In this document: positions 21,263-31,630 of the stretch, one piece after another
Layout of the letters: each line of letters opens with the position of its first letter
Position numbering within the stretch: the stretch's first letter is position 1
Origin: Candidatus Gottesmanbacteria bacterium
GTDB taxonomy: Bacteria; Patescibacteriota; Microgenomatia; UBA10105; UBA927
DNA: 64,000 nt
Direction of reading: 5' to 3'
Assembly: GCA_963714095.1 (NCBI GenBank)
Contig: OY970230.1
Span: 70,206-134,205 of the forward strand
Position numbers and translations under genes: made by a program
The notes under the pieces: model-generated
What the model was told of the DNA's origin: nothing
What the model saw: only the letters and a program-made list of their open reading frames with translations
The model's database searches: none

Positions 21263-22053
21263 TATTCCACGTCTTCCCAAATCTCAGCCGTGACCCCGTC
21301 TTTTTGCACATCTTCCTTTTGAGCAAAACTCAAATGTATATTTTCTTCTTCAGCTTCAACCAGGAGTTTTTTAGTATATCGTTTACAGCGGATCAACAGC
21401 TCTTTTGTTTCACAGACAAACAGGATCTCCGGCGCTACCTTAATATGCCCTATCCATTCGCACTCTGTCAAAAATTCAAGATAGGTTCTGATCCTTTTTC
21501 TAACTCGATAGGCAGGAAGTTTGGTTGTAAGAATCTCCAAAAGATAGTAATTCATTTTGTTGTTTTTCTTTCTGGTAAAAACAAGGTGAGGATGAAGCTC
21601 CGATAGCATGCTGGAAAAATAAAAGGAAGATTTTGGGTTTGTATACTCGTTTTCGGTAGCCAACTCAAAAAATAGTTTATCGTTGGGTTGATTTTTCAAA
21701 TCAAGACAAATATCAGCTATGAGTTGGCAGGTAGAAATAAAGGTATCCGACCGGTTTTTATCCCGATATAGTTTTCGTAATACTTCCGGATCGTATCCAT
21801 CTTGTGTCTTTAGCCATCTGATTCCGTTAATCCCCAGGTAATAAACTGCGGGTTGGTTTTTTCCTAAAAATGTCGAGGGATCATAAATTCTATTCAAATA
21901 TTCCTTTTTGACTAGATCTGGTAGCCAGATATTTATTTTTCCTTTACTTTTATGATTGAGGAATTTTTGAATTTGGGTGCTGTTGAGGAATCTGTATGTA
22001 TAGTGTTGTCTTATTATTTCTTGTTGTTGATGTGTTAGTTTTGGGAGTGTCAT
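21262..22053 (-). CDS. Replication-relaxation family protein
   Basis: N-terminal wHTH YRFLNSTQIQKFLNH...YYLGINGIRWL; downstream of the coupling ATPase. Confidence 0.7.
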   Translation of the reverse strand: MTLPKLTHQQQEIIRQHYTYRFLNSTQIQKFLNHKSKGKINIWLPDLVKKEYLNRIYDPSTFLGKNQPAVYYLGINGIRWLKTQDGYDPEVLRKLYRDKNRSDTFISTCQLIADICLDLKNQPNDKLFFELATENEYTNPKSSFYFSSMLSELHPHLVFTRKKNNKMNYYLLEILTTKLPAYRVRKRIRTYLEFLTECEWIGHIKVAPEILFVCETKELLIRCKRYTKKLLVEAEEENIHLSFAQKEDVQKDGVTAEIWEDVE

Positions 22054-22200
22054 GTTTATTTTTTATTTATTATTTTTTATTATTTTTTACTTTAATTTCT
22101 TATGCCACCCCCAACACACTCCGTTTCTTTTAAAGGTAGGTGACACAATATTTTAAAATTAGCCTCAAATATATCATATTTTGGTGATAGCCCGTTATCA

Positions 22201-25110
22201 CTAATTTTGTAGGGATTTTCGGACGGGTTTGTGAGTGTTTTTTCTTCTTGATCCACCAGTTTTTCCGGTATTGTCCTTCATCTTTTTACCTGTCTTTTCT
22301 TCCGGTTCCTCACTCACCCCAAAGAGTATATTGAGTTGTTTTTCCACCACAGCCCTGGAGTTGCGTAATGTTTTCTGGTATTGGCAATAACAAAGTCCCT
22401 GATCCGATCAGAGCCTTTAATTTCAGGGGAACGGTTTCTCCGGAAAAAGCATCTTCCGAATCCTCATTGGTCACTTTCATAAAGAAGTGATGTGGTGGCA
22501 AGATTAACGATTTCTCCTTTTTCTACTTCCGGTTCCATAAAGGGAAGATAACTGCTTCATCATCCGGGCCGTTTTTAAAGAAATAATCGTTCCGGAATTC
22601 CCCAAGACCACCTTGGCGGTTTTAACATCCTCAATCTGGGCGACATTCTGATGGGAAGGAATGATAAAGACATGGAATTTCCGGGCTTCCGAGAAAATAT
22701 CAGCAAAATGGGCATTGGCAAAGTTTTGAAACTCATCAATATACAGGAAAAAATCTTTGCGTTTATTTTCCGGTATTTGGGCTCTTTGATATGCAGCCAT
22801 CTGGATGAGGGAGATGATGAGCGTACCAAAGAATCCGGACCGTTCTTCTCCCAAGTTTCCTTTAGACAGATTAACCAAAAGGACTTTGCCCTGATCCATA
22901 ACGTCCGAAAACTTAATAGTGCTTTCTGCCTGTAGCAGGATATGCCGGGATAAAGGAGAGGTAATAAACTCACCCAGTTTATTGGTTAAAGGTGAAATCA
23001 TATCTGCTTTTTGCATATGGCCAAACATTTTAAATTCATCAACCCAGAATTGTTTCAAGACCGGATCCTTGAGTGTTGCGGTTACACTTTGCCGATAGCC
23101 GGTATTAGTTAAAAGCTTTTGGATAGTCATCAACGTTGGAGATTCCGTTGTTAGAGCCGTCATCGTGGCATTTCGTAAAATATGTTCCATCCGTTGTCCC
23201 CAATTGGCTTTCGGAGTGATTTTCATGAATACTGAGATAACTGATCCGGTAATCCAGTCGGCTTTTTCTTCCTCATCCACAAACGTTCCTCCGGGATTGA
23301 GGATGTTTAACCCTACCGGCCAAAGTTTGTCTGTCGGATCAAGATAAATGACATCCTTTTTCCTTGATTCGGAATGACACTAATAGTTCCTTAATCATGT
23401 CTCCGTGAGGGTCAATGACTGCTACTCCTTTTCCGGACAAAATATCCTGATAGGCCATCTGTTTAATGATGGTTGTTTTCCCCATACCGGTTTTGCCGAC
23501 AATATAGGTATGTTCATGCCGTTGGACTTGGGTTAACCCGACTGGAGTTTCTTCACCTCCATAGTTGTTTTTTCCAACTACTACATCGAGTTTGGTGGTG
23601 TCTTGTTTCAGTGATAACGGTGCCGGAGATCGCGGCTTTTAGATTTAACCAATCCTTCAGTTTTTGTGGTATCCATATATGGAAAATGGAAAAAATCTGA
23701 AAGTTCCGAAGCGGAAAGGATCGGATTAGGATATAGGGAAGAACTTTGAGATAACGCTCGTTTTTTGAATGACTGTAAACCAGATTGTATGCTGGGAGCA
23801 AACAAGCCGTGCTTCGTAACCAGCGATTGATATGAACTGTTAAGTTGACCAAAAGCAGCCATAAGCCCATTCAATCGGAGATTCACTTCATCACCACTAT
23901 CCGCTACCACCAGAATCCGGATGGATGTTTCAAATAACTCTTGGTCAATCTTTCCTTTGACGATAGTTGAAAGTTCCTGCTCATACGGATTTAAAATCTG
24001 TTGAGGTTTAACTTTCGGGGTGGTATCAACAAAAACATGGGGAGTTTTTGAGTTTTCATTGGCAACCGTCACAATCATTTCCATAACAAAGTTAAATAGT
24101 CCCCAGACGATAATCCAGATAATCCTGATAACCATCCAAAATATCGAAATAACTGGCAGAGAGACGACTTTTTGCAGGAAATCCTTTTGCAGGACTGGTG
24201 TTAACGGTTCACCCTTCACCATTCTTTGCTTCAATGTCTGCATCTCTTTCAAATCTTTTTTGTGTGTTGAAGACAACAATGGCGTGGTTACAACCTGAAA
24301 GGAAATAAGTTCACCGGAGGCAAGTTTGGTCATGTTACCCGTAAGATACGAGATGGGATCATGTTCTTTTAAGGCTGTTTGTGTTTCCAGAGGCAGAGCA
24401 AAATGTCCGGAGAGTTTAAATTCTTCTAACCCCATACATTTCGGGTTATCGTCTTCATGTTTCAGATATGGATCAAGGTAGTCATGGACTACCCGAATAC
24501 GAATACCTGGCAAATATGACCGTAAACTATATTGAATGGTCTCAATGACATTTGGTTCTGCTGCCAGTAGGTACCTAATGCCTTCATTCCGGGTAGAAAC
24601 AATTTCCAATGAATAACCGTTTTTCCGTTGAAGTACATTATCCCAGAAGCTTTTTTGACGAGATAGGGTATGTAACAGGCGGTATAACTCTTCGGTCGCA
24701 TACGCGGATTTTGTCGTATCGGAAGGAAATGTCAGTTCCAGAAATACTTTGGGTGGAACTTTTTGAAACTTTCCAATCCCATATCTCACACCGGCAAGGA
24801 GCTGGAAAACGAATAGCACCAGTATATATCCCAAAAGACACACCACAGCCAGCATGATCAGAGGATAAAAGTTAATGATAACCACCAGAGCTAGAGGTGA
24901 GAGTTTGATGTTAGCAAGAAAGGCTGCATTGTGACCAGAAAGAAAATTGTATATACCAAGTTTTGCACTAATAGGAATAACAGGCAGACTTAAAATGATA
25001 CCCAAAATTAATGTGTTCAGAACCGGCAGCGTGTGGTTTTGGATCTGATGAAGCAGTTGGAGTTGTTCTGCGGTTGGTGTCATATTTGCCCTCCATTCTT
25101 TCGGAAACAT
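22201..25110 (-). pseudogene. VirD4/TraG-like coupling ATPase with N-terminal TM domain (frameshifted)
   Basis: HTYIVGKTGMGKTT (Walker A near 23480-23510); IDPHGD; FFLYIDEFQNFA; SEARKF. Confidence 0.8.
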
Positions 25111-25295
25111 TGAGGAGACTGCACCAGCTCACTGAAGAGAAGAATTATTGCTTTGTGACGAACAATTTGCCCTACCATAACAGGTTATATTTTGGGCAGA
25201 ACTAAAATATATCGAAGTATATCAAAAACAACACGAAAGTAAAAGTTACGAAAACTTGAAATGAGAAACACTACCAGGTATAATTTCTGCCTAAG

Positions 25296-25538
25296 ATGAC
25301 CGTAATTGAAAATCTAAGTAAAAATGGAACAGATCCGGAGTCTTTCGTAGTAAGCACAGATAGACTTTTGGAAGCTGCCGTATTAGAAGGTGACCCCAAT
25401 TTAGCAATTGACGTCGTAAGAAGAACAGCCAGATTGGCAGGTGTAGACACGCAGACGGCTCTAAATTTCGTCGTGGGTAGAATGTCGAGACAACTCGAAA
25501 AGGCAATAAAGATTGAAGAGTCAAGAAATAGCGGTTAA
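25296..25538 (+). CDS. Hypothetical protein
   Basis: 80-aa ORF with TATAAT upstream. Confidence 0.45.
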   Translation: MTVIENLSKNGTDPESFVVSTDRLLEAAVLEGDPNLAIDVVRRTARLAGVDTQTALNFVVGRMSRQLEKAIKIEESRNSG

Positions 25539-25672
25539 TTTTCTATCAAATAACTCCCAGATATTTATATTTAAAAGTCTGATTTTATGCACGATCAAAG
25601 TTGTTCTACTTCCAGCAATTGCTTTGTTTACACGATCAGATTTACCTGATAATTTCCTCAAATAATTACCCC

Positions 25673-25723
25673 TTGACATTATGCCTATAGGGATAGTATA
25701 TTATTCCTTATAGAGATAATATT
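25673..25723 (+). promoter_or_regulatory. Sigma70-type promoter of the integrase operon with two tandem operator-like 15-mers
   Basis: TTGACA 25673-78, 18 nt, TATATT 25697-702; TATAGGGATAGTATA 25686-700; TATAGAGATAATATT 25709-23. Confidence 0.55.
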
Positions 25724-25735
25724 AAGGCTAAAACC

Positions 25736-25894
25736 ATGGGAAGACTAAAAGGATCAGTTAACAAGATTTCTTCAAAAAGACCAAAGACTTCGTCACTTTC
25801 TTCGGAAGATCGCATCAAATTCCTTGCCAATATTATTATCGACCGAATCCTTGAAGATCAGAAGAATGGACAGCCGTTATACAAACAAAATTAA
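25736..25894 (+). CDS. Small basic protein upstream of integrase (not in ORF track)
   Basis: MGRLKGSVNKISSKRPKTSSLSSEDRIKFLANIIIDRILEDQKNGQPLYKQN, 52 aa, ends 8 nt before the integrase ATG. Confidence 0.65.
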   Translation: MGRLKGSVNKISSKRPKTSSLSSEDRIKFLANIIIDRILEDQKNGQPLYKQN

Positions 25895-25902
25895 GGAACA
25901 AT

Positions 25903-27609
25903 ATGGAGCCTGTAACTAAAATCGAAAATGCTGTTGCCGCTATCCGTGTTTCTTCGGTAAGACAGGGTGTTGATGGTGACTCTCCGGAAGCCCAAAAAGA
26001 ACAAATTGAACGCTTCGCCCAAGTTCATAACATCCATATTAAAAAGTTCTTTATCTTCCTTGAATCTGCCTCAAAAGAAGAACAACCGGTACAGGAAGCC
26101 ATTGATTACTGCAAGCATCCTAAAAACGATATCCAACTTTTCGTTATTAAATCTATCGACCGGTTTACCCGTGGCGGTTCCTTCTTTTATGAAGAACTAA
26201 AAATGCAGTTGGAGAAAAGCGGTGTCCAACTGGTTGATATTTACGGTGTCATCGGCAACAGCAGGTCAATACCTTGAGCATCTTAGGAGTAGCCTTTAAT
26301 TGGAGTGTTTATTCGCCTACCAAAAAATCAGAAATGCTTGAGGCGGAACGGGCAAAAGATGAAATGCGCGACATCATGAGCCGGATGATCGGCGCTGAAA
26401 TCCGCTATTCCCGATTAGGCTATTGGGTACGGGCTGCCCTTTGGGTTCATGAATGTAAAAGTTGAAACCCCAAACGGAACAAGAGTGATATTAAAACCTC
26501 ATCCGATTGAATCTGCTTGGATTATCAAAATGTTTGAACTGCGTTGTCTTGGGAACATTGAGTGACCAGCAAATCGTTGATGAGATCAATAACTCCGGTT
26601 ATAAATCACGGCATAATCTAGTCCGTGATCCCAAAGACCGAACAAAAATAGTCAAGGAAAGAGGCAATCAAAAACTGACACTAAAAGGATTCTGGCGATA
26701 TCTAAAAATCCGATATTTGCAGGCATCAATCTTGTTAATTGGACAAAAGATAATCCCCAAAAAGGGAAAGTTTGACGGATTAGTTTCCATTGAAACCTTC
26801 AATAAGGCCAATAGAGGTAAGATTACTATTCTCAGAGGAAAATGGCGAGATAAAAATCTATCACTGGAAAGACCGCCGGAGTATCTAGTCAAAAAAGGGG
26901 TCCAGAACGCGGATTTCCCATATAAACGGGTCGTCTATGTGTCCCCATTGTAACCGAGCCACTTATGGTAGTGCCTCAAGAGGAAACTTAGGCAAATACT
27001 ATCCGGCCTATCATTGTAATAAACGGGGACATTATTTTCGTGTCTCAAAAAAGGATTTTGACGAAACGATTAAGAAATTCGTTCAGAACATAAAACTTGC
27101 ACCAGGATTTTCTGATGCTTTAGTTAAGGCGGTTTTAAACGAATGGGATAAACGAGAGTCAATGGCATACGGAACGAAACAAAGTCTTGATAAGCGGATT
27201 ATGGAGCTGAAAGCAGAAGAAACGCAATACCGGTAGGCACACTTAAATATCTAACTTCTGAAGTTGCCGTTAAGTTCGTTGAGCAGGAGATGATAAAGAT
27301 TGCCAGTAAGGTTGCGGAACTCATGGCGCAGACAGAAAAAAATATTCAATCAAAACCCACTGATATGCACATGGTCATGGCCTACATAAAATATTTTCTG
27401 GAACACATGGAAGATTTGTTACTTTCAGGCACGAATTCGGTCATGAAAGCTCAATATTTTGGGGTACTTTTTGATATGCGCCAACCTACCAAGAAATACT
27501 TTCTGGAACCCGAATATAGCCGATAGTTATTGAACTAAATGAGGATTATGCTATTCCCAAAACCAACTTAGTGAGCTCGCAGGGATCCGAACACGAATAT
27601 CCAAGCTAA
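25903..27609 (+). pseudogene. Large serine recombinase (resolvase + recombinase + Zn ribbon + coiled coil), frameshifted
   Basis: IRVSSVRQ, SIDRFTR, CPHC...YHC, PTYQEILSGT; final frame ...KTNLVSSQGSEHEYPS*. Confidence 0.88.
27570..27597 (-). repeat. Candidate attR: AGTGAGC core plus degenerate tRNA 3'-end
   Basis: Reverse complement GTTCGGATCCCTGCGAGCTCA resembles a T-loop plus acceptor strand; 16/22 identical to the tRNA-Lys 3' end at 28752. Confidence 0.55.
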
Positions 27610-27701
27610 AAAAAATAGGAGTTACTGTTTGTTTTTCTTTGTTCGGATAATGAAATAGCCTACTCTGACTATGCAGCTAACATATATGATATACTAAGTA
27701 T

Positions 27702-28007
27702 ATGTCAAAAACCGTTCCGAAGCATTTATGGAATTTTTTCTGGGACGTTGACCCCCAGACGCTTGACCCCAACCAAAAAGCAAATTTTGTCATAGGAAGA
27801 CTCCTCGAAAAGGGCAATGATAAAGCGGTTTCTTGGGTACTTCACAACTATCCTCTTAAGACTATTAAGCATGTTTTTAGCACCATCCGGGATTTTAGCC
27901 CGAAAACGGCTAATTTTTGGAGCATATACCTTGGTATTCCGGAGGACGAAATATTATGTTTACAGGAACCTTACCGGAGCCAGCGCAAAAGGCTCTGGCC
28001 GTATTAG
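27702..28007 (+). CDS. DUF6922-like antitoxin partner
   Basis: FFWDVDPQTLD...FVIGRLLEKG...NFW pattern, directly upstream of AbiEii. Confidence 0.7.
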   Translation: MSKTVPKHLWNFFWDVDPQTLDPNQKANFVIGRLLEKGNDKAVSWVLHNYPLKTIKHVFSTIRDFSPKTANFWSIYLGIPEDEILCLQEPYRSQRKRLWPY

Positions 28008-28592
28008 GAAAAAATTTTTAGTTTCCCTACTCCTACGTATTTGGCCGGAGGGAGCTGGTTGGCATTATATTTAGGACATCGGATTTCGGTGGATTTCGAT
28101 TTTTTTACACCGGTTAGCTTTAATCCGGAAATAATGGCTAAACAGCTTTCTAAGTTGGGAAGTTTTAGTGTAGCCACCATCGCTCCAAATACACTCCTCG
28201 GGGTATTTAATGAAACCAAATTTAGCATGTTCTGTTATGAGTATCCGTCTCTTTTTCCTACAAATAACGTCTGGGGCATACATGTAGCAGATAAACGGGA
28301 TATTGCAGCGATGAAAATAGCTGCGGTCATGGACCGAGGAACAAAAAAGGACTTCATCGATCTGTATTTTCTTTCAAAAGAAGGTATTACGCTTAACGAC
28401 AGTTTAAGCTACTACGATAATAAATATGGCTCTTTGGCAAATAATCTATATAGTATTTTAAAAAGCTTTACCTATTTTGTTGATGCGGAAGAATCGGAAA
28501 TGCCAAAAATGCTAAAACTGGTTTCGTGGGATGAAGTAAAAACATTTTTTAGACATCAATCTACCCACCTTGCCGACACGCTTCTCAAATAA
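27956..28592 (+). pseudogene. AbiEii/AbiGii nucleotidyltransferase toxin (one extra A in run at 28009-14)
   Basis: YLAGGS.LAL.LGHRISVDFDFF; IAAMKIAA; RGTKKDFIDLY; SD GGAGG before ATG 27956. Confidence 0.85.
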
Positions 28593-28752
28593 ATGACAAG
28601 ATATGACAAATAGTCCTCATTGTATTTTATGATGCTGATGCGCAGCATATATATCTCCCGGGAACGGGTAAACGATTATCGAAGCAGTCAAGTCTATACC
28701 AATCACCTGAGTTCAGAGTGATGCTCTAGCTTATTCTGACAATCTAAGTCTG

Positions 28753-28824
28753 TGAGTCGGCAGGGGCTCGAACCCTGAACCAACAGCTTAAAAGGCTGCT
28801 GCTCTACCGTTGAGCTACCGACCC
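28753..28824 (-). tRNA. tRNA-Lys(UUU)
   Basis: GGGTCGG/CCGACTC acceptor; GCAGC-CTTTTAA-GCTGT anticodon arm; GTTCGAG; TATAAT upstream. Confidence 0.95.
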
Positions 28825-28882
28825 GTGAAGCTATTATACCAAATTTCCGCATGAATTATGATATCGTGAAGACTTTGAAGTA

Positions 28883-29278
28883 TTAAACAGTAGCTTCGTT
28901 TACCTTACCGGCCTCTTTTCCCTGTTTATCGCGGAGATAATACAATTTGGCGCGCCGTACTGATCCGATCTTTTTGACTTCAAGCTTTTTAATCCAAGGA
29001 GACACTAAGGGAAAAATACGCTCAATGCCTATCGCACCTGAACCGATTTTACGGACAGTAAACATACAGTTGACGCCGCTGCCTTTAATACTAATAACGA
29101 TGCCTTCAAATGCCTGTGTACGTTCACGTGTTTCTTCCTTTACTTCCCGCTTTGTTTTACCGGCCACCTTCTCGTGTTCGATAAGTTTATAATGCACACG
29201 AACCGTGTCGCCGACATGAAAAAGAACGTCCTTTTTCGATTCAGCTTCTCCTGTCGACCAAATTGCAGTATTTGCCAT
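28883..29278 (-). CDS. rplS: 50S ribosomal protein L19
   Basis: [36 protein letters not shown]. Confidence 0.97.
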   Translation of the reverse strand: MANTAIWSTGEAESKKDVLFHVGDTVRVHYKLIEHEKVAGKTKREVKEETRERTQAFEGIVISIKGSGVNCMFTVRKIGSGAIGIERIFPLVSPWIKKLEVKKIGSVRRAKLYYLRDKQGKEAGKVNEATV

Positions 29279-29310
29279 AGCACGAGTAGTATACCATGAA
29301 TCTGAGGCTG

Positions 29311-30957
29311 TTACAATGATTTTATGTACGCCAGAAACAGCGGGTGGGGTTTTAACGGCCTGGAACGGTATTCCGGATGATACTGCGTACCCACAAAAAA
29401 CGGGTGGACACTTTTTGGCAATTCTATAATTTCTGCGAGATTCTCCACAACTGACCGGCCTGCTATAGCAAGGCCCGCATCTTCAACTTTCTTTGCATAT
29501 TCATCGTTAAATTCATATCTGTGCCTGTGCCGTTCACCGACGATTTTATGTACTTCGTCATCGTAGCCGTGGTACTTCATATAGGCTGCATCAGCTATCG
29601 AATCTGCCTTTACCCTGCACTCCCAACGACCAAGCCGCATCGTACCGCCGTACGCACGGCGTTTAAGGATGTCCTCCTGCCCAGAAATCATATGAATAAC
29701 AGGATGTGCGGTATCCGCGTCAACTTCCAGCGTGTGAGCGCCTTTAAGACCTAAAACATTCCTTGCGTATTCAACAACCGCAAGCTGCATTCCGTAACAG
29801 AGACCCAAATACGGAATTTTATTGACCCGGGCATAGTTAATCGCGGATATTTTTCCCTCAACGCCGCGTGATCCCCAACCTATCGGAACGATAATCCCAT
29901 TTACACCATGGAGTTCTGATAGATCGCCTTTTTCTAATTTTTCCGCCTGTATCCACTTCACCGCAACAGGTACTCCGTCCGCCCAGGCTGCATGGTCAAT
30001 GGCATCCATGAGGGCTGCGTAACTATCCCTGAGCTGATACTCACCTGTTGCAAAATATTTACCGACAATAGCAATGGTTTTGGGAGTACCTTTTGTTCTA
30101 TTAATCGTTGTGACCATCTGTTCCCAATTCTTCATGTCCAACTCGTTGAGGGGCAAGCCCATCATCGTGAGAATTTTCTCATCCAGCTTTTGTTTCGCCA
30201 GATACGGCGGGCATTCATATACACTGGGGAGATCTACGCTGTCAATGACGTTTTCAGGTTCAACATTGCAAAACAATGCAAATCTGGCCCGACGCCTCGC
30301 ATCCATCGCTTTTTCAGACCGTGTCACAATAAAATCCGGTTGAATTCCCATGGAATTAAGGGCCCGTACCGATAATTGTGTAGGTTTTGTCTTCGGCTCG
30401 CCTAAGTGCGACGGCACGGGAAGATATGATACGTGAACATGAATGACAGTATTTTTCTTATTCCGGCCCAAAATCCGCGATGCCTCGTAATAGAGCGCAT
30501 TCTGATATTCACCGGCAGTCCCACCAAGTTCAACAACGACAATATCCGCCTCTTCCTTCTCACCCGCAGCTTTGATACGCTTGGTAATTTCATCCGTCAC
30601 ATGGGGGATTGCTTCAACGTCTTCGCCTTCGTACCCGAAATTCCGTTCACGGTCAATAACCGCCTTATAAATCTGCCCCATCGTAATAAAATTATGGCGG
30701 TACATGTCTTTCCCTAAAAATTTCTCGTAGGTTCCCATGTCCATGTCCGCCTCGGTGCCGTCTTCGCAGAGATACGGGTCGCCGTGCTCAATGGGGTTAA
30801 TAAGCCCCGCATCCATATTGAGATAGTTTTCGCATTTAACAGGAGTGATTTTATATCCGCGGTTCTGAAGAAGGAGGGCGATAGAGGCGGTCGTTATCCC
30901 TTTTCCAAGGCCTGAGATAACACCACCGGAAACAAATATAAACTTCGTTACGGGCAT
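29311..30957 (-). CDS. pyrG: CTP synthase
   Basis: [35 protein letters not shown]. Confidence 0.97.
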   Translation of the reverse strand: MPVTKFIFVSGGVISGLGKGITTASIALLLQNRGYKITPVKCENYLNMDAGLINPIEHGDPYLCEDGTEADMDMGTYEKFLGKDMYRHNFITMGQIYKAVIDRERNFGYEGEDVEAIPHVTDEITKRIKAAGEKEEADIVVVELGGTAGEYQNALYYEASRILGRNKKNTVIHVHVSYLPVPSHLGEPKTKPTQLSVRALNSMGIQPDFIVTRSEKAMDARRRARFALFCNVEPENVIDSVDLPSVYECPPYLAKQKLDEKILTMMGLPLNELDMKNWEQMVTTINRTKGTPKTIAIVGKYFATGEYQLRDSYAALMDAIDHAAWADGVPVAVKWIQAEKLEKGDLSELHGVNGIIVPIGWGSRGVEGKISAINYARVNKIPYLGLCYGMQLAVVEYARNVLGLKGAHTLEVDADTAHPVIHMISGQEDILKRRAYGGTMRLGRWECRVKADSIADAAYMKYHGYDDEVHKIVGERHRHRYEFNDEYAKKVEDAGLAIAGRSVVENLAEIIELPKSVHPFFVGTQYHPEYRSRPLKPHPLFLAYIKSL

Positions 30958-30987
30958 GAGCTAAGATACCAAAAATTGTCCATTTCG

Positions 30988-31620
30988 TCAATGAGCCTTT
31001 TTGGCCTCAAGATACTTTTTGCCGTGTCCGACCGCCGTATTTATCGGTATTCCTTTTTTACACAGAGGACACTTAGACTCCTCAAATGACTCCGCTCTAA
31101 GTACACTGAGAGCCCAAAAAGGAACACCGAGGGCTTTGGCTGTCACGTGTTCCGGGTCACGGTTGACCATGACGGCAACGCTAATAACGTTGCCTCCTGC
31201 TGATTTCACAGCGTTGACAACTTTGTGTACAGAGCCGCCTGTTGTTGTGAGATCCTCGACTACAAGCACGCGTTTTCCTTTTACCAGCGTGTCATAGCCG
31301 CGCGTAAATATTTGATTTTTTTCGGAATCTTTCTCCGTATAGATACCCAATACCTCCTGATGAGTCAGGTGTGAAAGCCAGTATGCTGTCCACTGCGATA
31401 AAATAATGCCGCCGAGAGCTGGAGCTGCAATGACTTCTATACGCTTTTTTTGAAATTTTTGAGCAACCATTTTGCATATAAGCGACGTTTCCTTCGTATG
31501 AGGATAAACCGCATCTTTATTTATATACACGCTGCCGTGTTTACCGGATGTATAGACAAAATGATCATCCGTAAGGACAGCACCGACTTTTTTTAGTATA
31601 GAAATAACATCGTTTTTCAT
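30988..31620 (-). CDS. pyrE: Orotate phosphoribosyltransferase
   Basis: HFVYTSGKH, VVEDLTTTGGS PRPP motif. Confidence 0.9.
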   Translation of the reverse strand: MKNDVISILKKVGAVLTDDHFVYTSGKHGSVYINKDAVYPHTKETSLICKMVAQKFQKKRIEVIAAPALGGIILSQWTAYWLSHLTHQEVLGIYTEKDSEKNQIFTRGYDTLVKGKRVLVVEDLTTTGGSVHKVVNAVKSAGGNVISVAVMVNRDPEHVTAKALGVPFWALSVLRAESFEESKCPLCKKGIPINTAVGHGKKYLEAKKAH

Positions 31621-31630
31621 GTATTGCCTC

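Larger units (their letters stand above)
4970..27576. mobile_element. Integrative (probably mobilizable) element with large serine recombinase and defence cargo
   Basis: Integrase at right end; VirD4-like and replication-relaxation genes; R-M and nuclease cargo; visibly AT-richer than core; AGTGAGC at both candidate junctions; tRNA-like right flank. Confidence 0.75.

Noticed and set aside
22054-22100. AT-rich TTATTTTTTA low-complexity tract as iterons or oriV
   Set aside because: Short and irregular; cannot be distinguished from low-complexity intergenic DNA.
11674-27609. Programmed frameshifting or phase variation in hsd and integrase genes
   Set aside because: Too many scattered indels, no consistent slippery motif or long simple repeats.
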